A stretch of 64,000 nt of DNA from the human T2T-CHM13v2.0 reference genome, Homo sapiens. The notes under the pieces are model-generated. The model was not told the origin of the DNA. It worked only from the letters and a program-made list of their open reading frames with translations, and searched no databases. The stretch lies in the NCBI RefSeq assembly GCF_009914755.1, contig NC_060927.1. One strand, 5' to 3'. Position numbers and translations under genes: made by a program. Shown here one piece after another: positions 10,896-23,246 of the stretch (positions are counted from its first letter, which is position 1; each line of letters starts with the position of its first letter).

Positions 10896-13481
10896 TCAAA
10901 AAATGTCGGGTATGTGTTTCATACCTGTTAGATATTGTATTTCCATATATTCTATGTATTGAAACCTCTGACAATTAAGAAATATTTTAGTAAAAAATGC
11001 AGGCAATAATCTTATTCATAGGTATTATTTTTATCTACATTTTGCACATTTTACATAAATTATACATTTACAGACTTAGATAAACTAAGGATTAAAAGCA
11101 CAACTATATGCAGGGCTATTAAATAGGTATAATAATTCTTTTATTACATCATTTTTAGTCTTCAGCGTCCATTCATACTGCCTGTTACATTATCTATAAT
11201 TTTTGTATCCAAGAGGAAAGATCCTATAGAAGAAGAAGTCAGGAGTCTTTAAAAATACTTTGAAGAAAGAAACAAACAAAAAATACTAGAAAGATTATCT
11301 AATAAGAGGAATAAAAATTTACTAAATGTATCAAGTAAGAAGTCATTTGCAATCACTAATGTAAAATTTTTGTGGAATATTTGAACCGAATCCAGATTTC
11401 AGAAACATCAGAAAAATTGCATGTCCAGTAGGTGGAAATATGGGCATATGATACACTTTCTTAAGTCCTACCTCTACAGGCTGTTTATTCTGGAATAGGA
11501 ACAAGTTTGAGAAGCTTACCAAGAAACAAAAAGGAACAATTAGGTCTTTATCAACTAGGTTAATTGATTTATATAAGATTTGGACATACATTTATCAAAA
11601 AATATATGTAGTTGCCTTTTTATAATAAAATTTTCTAATGATTATTCATTCATTAAACTTATTTTCATACACACACACAAAAATCCCAAGTCTGGATTTG
11701 AGTATTTCAATATGTTCTGTATTGACTGAGAACACAGATAAACAAAAGCTTTTATTTTTATATCAAAAAGATCAAATCCCAAAACTACTGAGAAATAACT
11801 TAAAACTTTTAAGTTTCACATTCTGCATATTAAATATGTCTTCATAGATTGGGGATTCTAATTTAAATTCCACTTAATACTTTTTATTAATTGAGAAAAC
11901 AATTCAGTCGTTTCTAAATTTGATTTCAAATCAGGTTTATAAAAATCTAAATTTATTTTTACTCTTTTATTAATTTATCAGAGTTTGATTTGATAAAAGG
12001 TTAAGAAAAAGTACTTATTGTGTAGCATACATTACTCTGAGTGAAAAGTACATTTGCATGCATTAAGTGTTCAACTATGTAATTATAAATGCTAACATAG
12101 TAATTACCTGTTCTAATTATGATACATAATTAGTATAAGTGCATCTAATTATGTAATTACATGAAACATCCATGTGATAATAAAAAATCTCACATTATTA
12201 TTAAAGGTGAAAATGGAAAATTAAATAGCAAAGTGAGTCAAATTTATAGGAAATATTCATGGCATTCACAGTTTACTTTCTTATTCTCTATTGATTAGCA
12301 ATTGTTGATTTATAATTATGCAAGTCAATTCTTTGTTTTTTTCTAAGAGTTACAAATGAAAGATAAAAGAAATGAAAAATTATCGAATTAAGTAATTTAG
12401 CACTTATGCGACTATCTGATCACTTAGAATAATTAGTTCTCTAAAGAGAAGAAATTTCCTAATGTCCACAATGCTAACAGAAATTGTTTCAAAATTGATT
12501 TCAGGAAGACTAATTTGGGCAAACCATTCTCAAATTAAAATAATTATCTCTGAAAAATGTTTCCATAGCTCTAAATGATTTCTCCATATTTGAAGTGTCA
12601 ATTTATTTATCTAGAAGCCTCATTGATGGAGTATTATCTTGCTTGTCTTTAGATATTTTATGTGTAATATTTCTGATTTTTAAAATACTCATGGTAGAAA
12701 GTTGGTAAAAGCTGCTTTAAATTCTCGTTGAGGTAAAATTATAGACTATTGCACATAGTGGCAATCACAAAATAATAACATTTGTATGAAAATTCATATT
12801 CATATAAATATATGTTACATAATTGAATAATTTAACAAATTAATTAACTCATGAATGAACAGAAGTATATGAACACAATCCTTGGGCCATATGAATGCAC
12901 TAACTTCTGTGTTAGAGCAAATTTGGAATAGTTTCTTAAGGAAAACGTACAGGCTGAAGTGAGATGCCCTTATATTAAGTTGTGCTGAATGGCCTATTCA
13001 ATGTTTTTAGGAAGATATCAACTGCAGTTCCTGGAATGTATACAATGTAACTCCTGCACTTCACATACAAATGTTGATACAATAAGGCCTTGCCAGAAAA
13101 GTGTAACCTTTTGATAAATTATCCTTAGTTTACTGGAATACTTTTTTTGAATTGCCTAAAAGAGATTCAGTCCCTTGTGTTCTCATGGTAGTCCATATTT
13201 AATCAAATCCTAAGAAAGCAGTATATTGGAACCATATCAGGTTAACCTGTCATAGAATTGCATGTATTGAACTGTACTTTTTTTTTATGGCTATGATATT
13301 AACCTTAGTTGATGTTATAAACATCTTTATATCGAAACCTGGCAATGCCAAGGAAAAGTCCATAGAAAAAAAATTCTGTGTTAGTTTGCGCAGACTGACA
13401 ATGTACAAACAGTTCTAAGGTTGTACTGGGTTCAAGGGTTTGAAGAAAATGGAAGAAGCAACAGTTGTTAATATAAAAGTA

Positions 13482-13680
13482 CAGTTGACCCTTGAACAAT
13501 GCAGAGGTTGGGTTGCAGACCCCTGCAAAGTTGAAAATCCATGTATAACTATTGATTCCAACTAAACTTAACTACTGATAGCCTGCTATTGACTAGAAGC
13601 CTTACTGGTACTGTAAACAGTCAATTAACACATATTTTGTATGTTATATGTATTATAGACTGTAATCTTACAGTAAGCTA
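13482..13680 (-). mobile_element. Tigger2a (MER28), left part
   Basis: TA followed by the TIR cagttgacccttgaacaatgcag. Interior runs to cagtaagcta, where the L1 inserted. Confidence 0.92.
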
Positions 13681-14680
13681 GAGATCATGGTGGATGGGAG
13701 GCAGGACTAGATTGCAGCTCTGGACAGAGCAGCATGCGAATGCTTGCATTGTGAATTTTAGGTCCAGATCAATTGCAAAAATAAACCAGCAATCCTGAGA
13801 GGACCCACAGATCCTCTGAAGGGAAAAGACAGCTCCTGCAGGACCTGGGAGACACCCCAAATACTGTGAGGGCCCCAACTGCGGAATTGGGAAAGAGAGA
13901 TCCTCCCCTCCTGAACACACACGCCACTGGAGAACCTGAAGGTCTGTTTGCGGGAGAAGTTTCCGAGTTTACCTGGAGCTGAGTCCAGTTAGAGAGCCAA
14001 GATGAGCAAAATACAGCGGTCGAGGAAGCAGCAGAAAGGCCCTGGGAGCTCGCTGGGTCCCCAAGAGCCCATTCCTGCCTGGCACCACAGAGATTCATCG
14101 TGAGGGTCGCCAGAGGAGCAAGGGGTAAAACTCCAGAGGGAGAAGGAATTCTCTAGCTGAACTTTGTAGCAATTTAAAAGGGAGAGAAGCCTCCTGGCCA
14201 CAGCTTGGGTTGGGCACGAATCCGGCTTGCAGACTTCACAGGCTGGGGAAGAACTAAAGCCCTTCTCTTTGGCAGCTGAGAGGTGGAAAGCCTTGGGCAC
14301 GTTTTCAAGCCCATCTAGCTCTCCGCCTGGAAACAGACTCGGGGCTGTTGCGCGGGGCACAGTGGGAGTGAGGCCATCCTTTTGGTTTGTGTGGGAGCTG
14401 GGTGAGGCCTGTGACTGCTGGTTTTCCCCAACTTCCCTGACAACCTGCGTGACTCAACAGAGGCAGCCATAATCCTTCTAGGACAGAACTCCAGTGACCT
14501 AGGAATCTCACCCCCATCCCCCACAGCAGCCACAGCAAGATCTACCCAAGGAGACTCTGAGCTGAGACACACCTAGCCCCTCCCCCACCTATGGTCCTTC
14601 CCTATCCACCCTGGCAGTGGAAGACAAAGGGCATATAATCTTGGGAGTTCTAGGGCCCCACCCACCACCCATCCCTCTCC

Positions 14681-16530
14681 ACAAAATCCAGCATCCCTTT
14701 ATGATTAAAACCCTTAGCAAAATTGGCATACAAGGAACATACCTTACTGTAATAAAAGCCGTCTAAGACAAACCCACAGCCAACATAATACTGAATGGGG
14801 AAAAGTTGAAAGCACTCACTCTGGGAACTGGAACAAGACAAGGATGCCCACTGTCACCATTCCTCTTCAACGTAGTACTGGAAGTCCTAGCTAGAGCAAT
14901 CAGACAAGAGAACAAATAAAAGCTATCCAAATCTGTAGAAAGGAAGCCAAATTGTCCCTGTTTGTTGACGATATGATCATTTACCTTGAAAACCCTAAGG
15001 ACTCCTCCAGAAAGCTCCTGGAACTGATAAAAGAATTCAGCAAAGTTTCCAGATACAAGATTAATGTACACATATCAGGAGCTCCTCTATACACAAACAG
15101 CGACCAAGCAGAGAATCAAATCAAGAGCTCAGCTCCTTTTACAATAGCTGCAAAAAAAAAAAAAAAAAAAAAAAAGACAGCAAACAAACAAAAAAAACCA
15201 AAAAAAACTTAGGAATATACCTAACAAAGGAGTTGAAAGACGTCTATGAGGAAAATTACAAAACACTACAGAAAGAACACACATCCCATGCTCATGGATG
15301 GGTAGAATCAATATTGTGAAAATGGACAAATTGCCAAGAGACATCTACAAATTCAATGAAATCCCCATCAAAATGCCACCATCATTCTTCACAGAGTTAC
15401 AAAAAACAATTCTAAAATTCATATGGAACCAAAAAAGAGCCCGCATAGCTGAAGCAAGACTAAGCAAAAAGAACAAATCTGGAGGCATCACACTACCTGA
15501 TTTCAAACTATACTATAAGGCCATAGTCACCACAACGGCATGGTACTGGCACATAGATCAGTGGAACAGAATAGAGAACCCAGAAATAAACCCAAATGCT
15601 TATAGCCAACTGATCTTCAACAAAGCAAACAAAAACGTAAAATAGGAAAAGGACATCCTTTTCAACAAATGGTGCTGGGATAATTGGCTAGCCATATGTA
15701 GGAGAATGAAACTGGATCCTCATCTCTCACCTTATACAAAAATCAACTCAAGATGGATTAAGGACTTAAATCTGAGACCTAAAACTATAAAAATTCTAGA
15801 AGATAACATTGGAAAAACCCTTCTAGACATTTGCTGAGGGAAGGATTTCATGACCAAGAACCCAAAAGCAAATGCAATAAAAACAAAGATAAATAGCTGG
15901 GACCTAACTAAACTAAAGAGTTTTGCATGGCAAAAGGAACAGTCAGTAGAGTAAACAGAAAACCCACAGAGTGGGAGAAAATCTTCACAATCTACGCATC
16001 TGACAAAGGACTAATATGCAGAATCTACAACGACCACAAACAAATCAGTAAGAAAAAAACAATCCCATCCAAAAGTGGGCTAAGGAAATGAATAGACAAT
16101 ACTCAAAAGAAGACATACAAATGGCCAACAAACATATGAAAAAATGCTTAACATCACTAATGATCAGGGAAATGCAAATCAAAACCACAATGTGATACCA
16201 TCTTAGTCCTGCAAGAATGGCCATCATCAAACAATAAACAAAAAGTAGATGTTGATGTAGATGCAGCAGTCAGGGCACACTTCTACACTGCTGGTGGGAA
16301 TGTAAACTAGTACAGCTGCTATGGAAGACAGTGTGGAGATTCCTTAAAGAACTAAAAGTAGAACTATCATTTGATCCAGCAACCTCACTACTGGGTATTT
16401 ACCCAGGGGAAAATAAGTCATTATTCGAAAAAGAAACTTGCACGTGCTTGTTTATAGCAGCACAATTCACAATTGCAAAATTGTGGAACCAATCTGAATG
16501 CCCATCAATCAAAGAGTGGATAAAGAAACC
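14681..16530 (+). pseudogene. L1 ORF2 (reverse transcriptase and C-terminal region) remnant, with frameshifts and stops
   Basis: [23 protein letters not shown] (the FADD catalytic motif with A changed to V), [14 protein letters not shown] and [11 protein letters not shown] are recognisable across several frames. Confidence 0.9.
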
Positions 16531-16534
16531 GTGG

Positions 16535-16804
16535 TGTGTGTGTGTGTGTGTAGATAGATAGATAGATAGATAGATGATATATAGATAGATATATGGATAG
16601 ATAGATAGATAGATGATATATATATATGATATATATACCATATATATGATATATATGGTATATATATGATGGAATACTACTCAGCCATTAAAAGGAATGA
16701 ATTAACAGCATTTTGATATATAGATAGATAGATAGACATAGATAGATAGATAGATAGATAGATATAGATAGATAGATGATATATATATGATATATATATA
16801 TATA
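16535..16804. repeat. Compound (TG)n(GATA)n(TA)n microsatellite within the L1
   Basis: Direct reading; interrupted by a duplicated 47-bp L1 segment. Confidence 0.95.
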
Positions 16805-17205
16805 ATGGAATACTACTCAGCCATTAAAAGGAATGAATTAACAGCATTTTGCAGTGACCTGGGTGAGATTGAAGACTATTATTCTAAGTGAAGTAAATCA
16901 GGAACAGAAAACCAAACATCATACGTTCTCAGTGATATGTGGAAGCTAAGCTATGAGGACTCAAAGGCATAAGAATGATACAATGGATTTTGGGGTCTTG
17001 GGGGAAAGAGTGGTAGGGGGCAAGGGATAAAAGACTACAAATATGGCTCAGTGTATACTGCTCCAGTGTTGCGTGCACCAAAATCTCACAAATCACCACT
17101 AATGAACTTACTCATGTAACCAAATACTGTCTGTACCCCAATAACTTATAGAAAAATAAAATAAAAAAATAAAAATTAAAAAAATAATAAAAAGTAAAAA
17201 AAAAT

Positions 17206-17461
17206 GTAAGCTAAAAAAGAAAATGTTATTGAGAAAACCATAAGGAAGATAAAATATATTTACTATTCAGTAAAATATATTTACTATGTAATAAGTGGAA
17301 GTAGATCATCATAAAGGTCTTCATCCTTGTCATCTTCTGGAGTAGGCTAAGGAGGAAAAAGAGAGATTGGTTATGTTGTCTCAGGAGTAGCAGAGGCGAA
17401 AGAATATCCTCCTGTAAGGGGACCTGAACAATTCAAATGCATGTTGTTCAAGGGTCGACTG
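17206..17461 (-). mobile_element. Tigger2a (MER28), right part
   Basis: Resumes gtaagctaaaaaagaaaatgttattgagaaaa and ends atgttgttcaagggtcgactg + TA, the inverted partner of the TIR at 13482. Confidence 0.92.
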
Positions 17462-17901
17462 TATTTTCTAGGTTTGGCAAATACTCATTGTGAATAGAAC
17501 GTATTCTGGACATTATAGAAAGCGACTAGGTGAAATAAAAATATAAACAAAATGGGATCCTTTCTTACTAGGAACTGGTAATAAAAGCAAGGGAACTTGT
17601 AATAGAATGCACAGTAAACATAGTTACAAGAAATTTCAATGCACATTTAGTGATAAGGCCAAGAAATCTCTCTGCTGTCTTTCCACTTTCATAATTAGCA
17701 GGTTTCTATTTGAAGTTCCTTACAAAAATATTTCTTTTTTTTATATTTTCAACCTAATACTGTACTAAATTGATCCTGCATTGCCTGTTCTATTTCACAT
17801 TGGTGATTTTCTTTTCATTTAATACTGAGATTCAGAAATGATTCTCAGAAGGCTAGCAAGAATATGTGTGTGGTATACATTAATAATTCAGTGCCTTACA
17901 T

Positions 17902-17990
17902 TGCTGTAGTTTGGAGGTTTGTCCTCCAAAGCCTCATATTGAAATTTGCTCCCAGTGCTAGTGGTGAGGACTTAATGGGAGATGTTTGGG
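17902..17990 (+). mobile_element. MST-type MaLR LTR 5' fragment
   Basis: tgctgtagtttggaggtttgtcctccaaagcctcatattgaaatttg...taatgggagatgtttggg. Confidence 0.7.
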
Positions 17991-18254
17991 ATACTTTTGC
18001 TAATTTTGTAATTTTAAAAATAAGAGCATGTAGCCATATGATGTAATTTGTATTGTATTACAGATCATTTTTTTCATTTGCTTCATATTCAAGCATGACC
18101 CAATAGAGTTAAACATATTGAACTTACAATAGTAAATACTGGCAATGAATCTGCTTATTCTCATTAAAGAATCTTGGCTTATCTTATGCAAAGTGCACAA
18201 TTATGTTATTCAGAAAAAATAAATATCAAATAAACATTAAATAATCAACAAATA

Positions 18255-18530
18255 ATGTGTACTTACCACAAGCCAGGAAGTTCTAAGCACATTACATATT
18301 AGTGCACGACATAACATGAACAGGTGAACTTGATGTGGCATGTGGACATGACAACAACACCATGGGTTCTATTTATATAATTTACATTTTACAGAAGAAA
18401 ATGAGAAAAAAGGAGGTGAAGTGACTTATTCATTCCCTTTCTAGTAATTGGAAGTGGTAGGATTATAACCTGGTACAAGGCATAGAACCTTGGCCTAGGG
18501 TCTAGGATGCCTGCATTTAACTACCAAACC
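18255..18530 (-). mobile_element. MIR
   Basis: ccaggaagttctaagcacattacatatt...cattttacagaagaaaatgag...ggaggtgaagtgactt. Confidence 0.6.
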
Positions 18531-19754
18531 ACTTGACCATTTGGCACTAGAAGTTTGCTTTGCATATTTAAATATTTTTTTATCTAAATATTTTAAGTAA
18601 AGCCAATTATTTTCCTTTTAATTTAGTTCTTTTCCTTTTGTTTTAGGATTATGCCAATTTCTACTTTACATATTTTAGTTCAAGCCCATTTGCAGTGAGG
18701 TATGGTGACTTTCTTTTCTGTGTATAGGGATTTGATTTTTGCCTTTTTGTAATTAATCATTCAATAACGAGGCGAAAACACACATGTGCATTGTCCTCTG
18801 TCAACTAGTTTATCTTTAACCCATGATTCATAATTTGTTCAGGCTGCTGTGATAAAGACTCATTGAAATCCTGGTAATTATGCATTTATCTTCATATAAT
18901 AGCTGCTGACATCCATTAATTCTTAAGAGGCCAAATTTCAGAGTTTTGCACAGAAGATAAATTCTGTTCCTTGTTAGTGAATGCTCATTGTTTATTTTTG
19001 AATAGTCTTTGGCAAGTATTTCTGTTTCTATTCTTTACAGATGCTTTACATTTTTTCCTCAGAAGGCAAGTTTAACCATGTGGAATAATGCTTACCTTCA
19101 GTTAGATTCTACCAGGTAGAAGATACTCTTGCTATTCAAAATACATACATTCTCAAATGGGGAAAAACTCCCAATACAACACAAACAAGAGATTCTTACC
19201 TCTTTCAATGTTTCTGTTTCTTTTTCAGTTCTATCATTAGCTTTTCCTTAAGTGCCATGATAATACGTGTAGGTTAACACATAAATACCTCATTATAGAA
19301 AACGAAACAGTATGCAAAAGGCATCAAAGCAAATCATCACCATCAATATAAGACAGAAGAACGTGTGTTTATCAAAAAAAGAAAAACAAACAAACAAACA
19401 AAAATAACCAGAGTAATTAAGAACACAAACTGTGCAAAATTTTCTTTCAATTTCTCAGTCATGGGAAAAAGGAGACTGCCACACTTGCATTGGGATATTT
19501 TCCCAGGACTTTTACAGGTCTTTTGACGGCATTCATAATTAGGCTGTAAAAGGGAATAAGACATTTACTCATGACCTTTCTATAATGATTTAGGAGAACA
19601 TGATTCTGTTCCTGTCAATCTTTGTTTCTTTGAAAATTATAGAATCTTTTTGTCGGACCCTTATGAAGTCACAGTCTAACCATGAAAGCAGGGTATAAAT
19701 GTATTCAAGGTTTCAATGTCCCAAACTATGCATATGTATATACATACACACTGA

Positions 19755-20389
<635 letters not shown>

Positions 20390-20608
20390 TTGTAACATTT
20401 TCGTTTGTAACATAGCATCACTTTTTTCGTATTTCAAAACATTTTGCTTATTTTTGAAACCAATTAAGAGACAGTGTATTATTTATTTTAATCTCTAATG
20501 ATACTAATAGGCATGTTATACCTGCAATTTCTATTTGGGAATTTCAGATTTCTTTTATTTTAATTTTGTTTTTAACATTTTTACATTTTTTTTTTCCCTG
20601 AATACTTG

Positions 20609-20755
20609 AGCGGAGAACAGTGGCTCATGCCTGAAGTCCAAAGTGAGACGATCACTTGAGCCTGGGAGTTCCATGCTGCCGTGAGCTGTGACTGTGCCAC
20701 TGCACTCCAGCCTGGGCAACAGAGTGAGACCCTGCCTCAAAAGAAGAAAAGAAAA
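20609..20755 (+). mobile_element. Alu monomer (FRAM/AluJ-like)
   Basis: agtggctcatgcctg...gatcacttgagcctgggag...cactgcactccagcctgggcaacagagtgagaccctg plus an A-rich tail. Confidence 0.85.
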
Positions 20756-21098
20756 CATAAAAACTTGTCATAAAGTGTTTACCTGAAGACTGATTACATG
20801 TCAGTTAAGACAAAAATATTTTGCTAAGTTAGATTACAGAGAACAAATAGCTGCTTTCCAGTGACCACCCACTTGGTAATTCTACTTCTGATCACTTTTA
20901 TGTTAATATTTTTTAAAATTTTGGCTTCTATAATAAAATATTAATTATAAAATTATCTAATTTGGGTAGCATTTATTCTTTACAGATGAAGAGTACTGAT
21001 CATCATTCCAATGTTTTTAAAATTAAGTGCTGGAGATGTGTGTTGAGAAAAATTCTGAGGCTGTTTAGAAATGTCATTAAAAAAAAAAATGCCATGGT

Positions 21099-21618
21099 GG
21101 GAGGTGTACCCAACAGCTCATTGAGAATGGGCCATGATGACGATGGCGGTTTTGTCGAATAGAAAAGGGGAAAATGTGGGGAAAAGAAAGAGAGATCAGA
21201 TTGTTACTGTGTCTGTGTAGAAAGAAGTAGACATAGGAGACTCCATTTTGTTCTGTACTAAGAAAAATTCTTCTGCCTTGGGATGCTGTTAATCTATAAC
21301 CTTACCCCCAACCCCGTGCTCTCTGAAACATCTGCTGTGTCCACTCAGGGTTAAATGGATTAAGGTCAGTGCAAGATGTGCTTTGTTAAACAGATGCTTG
21401 AAGGCAGCATGCTCGTTAAGAGTCATCACCACTCCCTAATCTCAAGTACCCAGGGACACAAACACTGCAGAAGGTGGCAGGGCCCTCTGCCTAGGAAAAC
21501 CAGAGACCTTTGTTCACATGTTTATCTGCTGACCTTCCCTCCACTATTGTACTATGACCCTGCCAAATCCCCCTCTCCGAGAAACACCCAAGAATGATCA
21601 ATAAATACTAAAAAAATT
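21099..21618 (+). mobile_element. SVA, 5'-truncated (SINE-R domain only; older SVA_B/C-like)
   Basis: gggaggtgtacccaacagctcattgagaa...tgtggggaaaagaaagagagatcagattgttactgtgtctgtgtagaaagaag...gaaacacccaagaatgatcaataaatact + A tail. TSD (A)n-tgccatggt ending at 21098 and 21637. Confidence 0.95.
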
Positions 21619-21827
21619 AAAAAAAAAATGCCATGGTACGAAAGATTAACAAAAGAGTGAAAAATAAAGTGTTTTCAATCTTGTAACAAGGTGGATTTCT
21701 CTCTTAGAACACTGATGACCTGTATCTCACTTTTTGTTTCTATTCATAGGATAACCTGATCTAAAAAGGCATGAGCCTTAAGTGACATGTTTTGTTCTAA
21801 GAATTTTTAAATTTTAAAAGAGTCATG

Positions 21828-21928
21828 TTCATAATGACCCTGTGATATAAGTGCTATTATTCCACATATCTTACAAATGAGGAAACTGAAGCAGAGAGTG
21901 ATAAAAGAACTTGCTACATCACATACAG
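21828..21928 (-). mobile_element. MIR, apparently resuming near 22541-22600
   Basis: ttacaaatgaggaaactgaagcagagag...aacttgctacatcacatacag; later gagccaggatttaggcccaga. Confidence 0.7.
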
Positions 21929-22530
21929 TGTCCCTCACCAGCTTTCCCTTTGGGTTGCCCTTCCTTTAAAGGGCATGGCAGCACCATTTGCCTTGGAATG
22001 CTAGGCTGTGTCTGATGTACACTGCAGTATAGCTGACCTACAGCCACTAGCCATCAGGGGATGGCCACTCCCACCAGTTTCAAATGAAATATGACAGCAT
22101 GGGGCATGGATCTAACATCCTGAGAGTCAGTGAAATGGAACAAATGATAAACCCAGAAGTTGGGGGAAGTCAACTCCAGTGAGGATAAATTTTAATCAAA
22201 GGGAAATAAAGGAGACAGAAAAAGGAGGCAGTTAAATTCCTTTCCCTTCTTCTCTCCCATGGACTTCTTCAAGATACAGTTTGTTTGTGTGAAGGAATCT
22301 CATTGTGAAGAAGACTCATCTGTTGAGGGACTAATTGCGTCTCTTCCTGGTTCTTTGTGAACCAGTAAACAAGGGCACTAAGATTATTCTCCTTTGCTCC
22401 ATCTTTCTTTTCTTCTCTTCTCCTTTTCTTCAATCTCTCCATTCTGGGTGTGAACACCCAAATAAAGCATCCACATTTGCATTTTTGCAAGTTCTGTTTA
22501 ATGATAAATTGCGATGTTTACCTATGACCA
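21929..22530 (+). mobile_element. Probable ancient ERVL-class LTR interrupting the MIR (family not identified)
   Basis: Separates the two MIR halves. Has a pyrimidine tract followed by cccaaataaagca (about 22458-22470), a layout typical of ERVL LTR 3' regions. Confidence 0.45.
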
Positions 22531-22622
22531 ATGTCCCTTACTGAGCCAGGATTTAGGCCCAGATACTTGATTATACAATCTACTATTCTGTACTGATGCT
22601 ATTATAAAGTCATAATACTTTG

Positions 22623-22947
<325 letters not shown>

Positions 22948-22967
22948 TTATACATATAAAAACAAAG

Positions 22968-23188
22968 TTTTTCTTTGTTTGTTTGTTTGTTTGTTTTTAG
23001 ATGGAGTCTTGCTCTGTCACCAGGCTGGAGTGCAGTGGCGCAATCTTCACTGCAACCTCCACCTCCCCAGTTCAAGCCATTCTCCTGCCTCAGCCTCCCG
23101 AGCAGCTGGGACTATAGGCGCCCACCACCACGCCAAGCTAATTTTTGTATTTTTTAGTAGAGATGGGGTTTCACCATGTTGACCAGGA
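22968..23188 (-). mobile_element. AluSc-like, 5' end missing
   Basis: (TTTG)n tail and Sc-type ctgtcaccagg; stops at gttgaccagga. No TSD seen. Confidence 0.9.
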
Positions 23189-23200
23189 AATTTACATGCT

Positions 23201-23246
23201 CATTTTAACAGTCAGAATGTTTTCATTTTAACAGTCAGAATGTTTT
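23201..23246. repeat. Perfect 23-bp tandem duplication
   Basis: cattttaacagtcagaatgtttt x2. Confidence 0.97.

Larger units (their letters stand above)
13681..17205 (+). mobile_element. L1PB1-type LINE-1 with both termini and a large internal deletion
   Basis: L1PB-type 5'UTR start (gatcatggtggatgggaggcaggactagattgcagctc). RT remnant [17 protein letters not shown] (ORF 14952..15212) and ORF2 piece 15298..15645. L1PB1 3'UTR (aaatctcacaaatcaccact...tgtaccccaataacttat), poly(A) tail, and TSD gtaagcta at 13673-13680 and 17206-17213. Confidence 0.92.

Noticed and set aside
14952-15645. ORFs with reverse-transcriptase motifs as a possible active RT or retron-like system
   Set aside because: They are pieces of ordinary L1 ORF2, broken by frameshifts and stops, with FADD changed to FVDD and no ORF1 or endonuclease.
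16535-16851. Repeat-spacer-repeat pattern resembling a CRISPR array
   Set aside because: Only two copies, the repeat is L1 sequence, the spacer is a microsatellite, and the DNA is primate.
21376-21597. 73-aa ORF MCFVKQMLEGSMLVKSHHHSLISSTQGHKHC...
   Set aside because: Standard read-through of the SVA SINE-R (HERV-K LTR-derived) sequence; not a gene.
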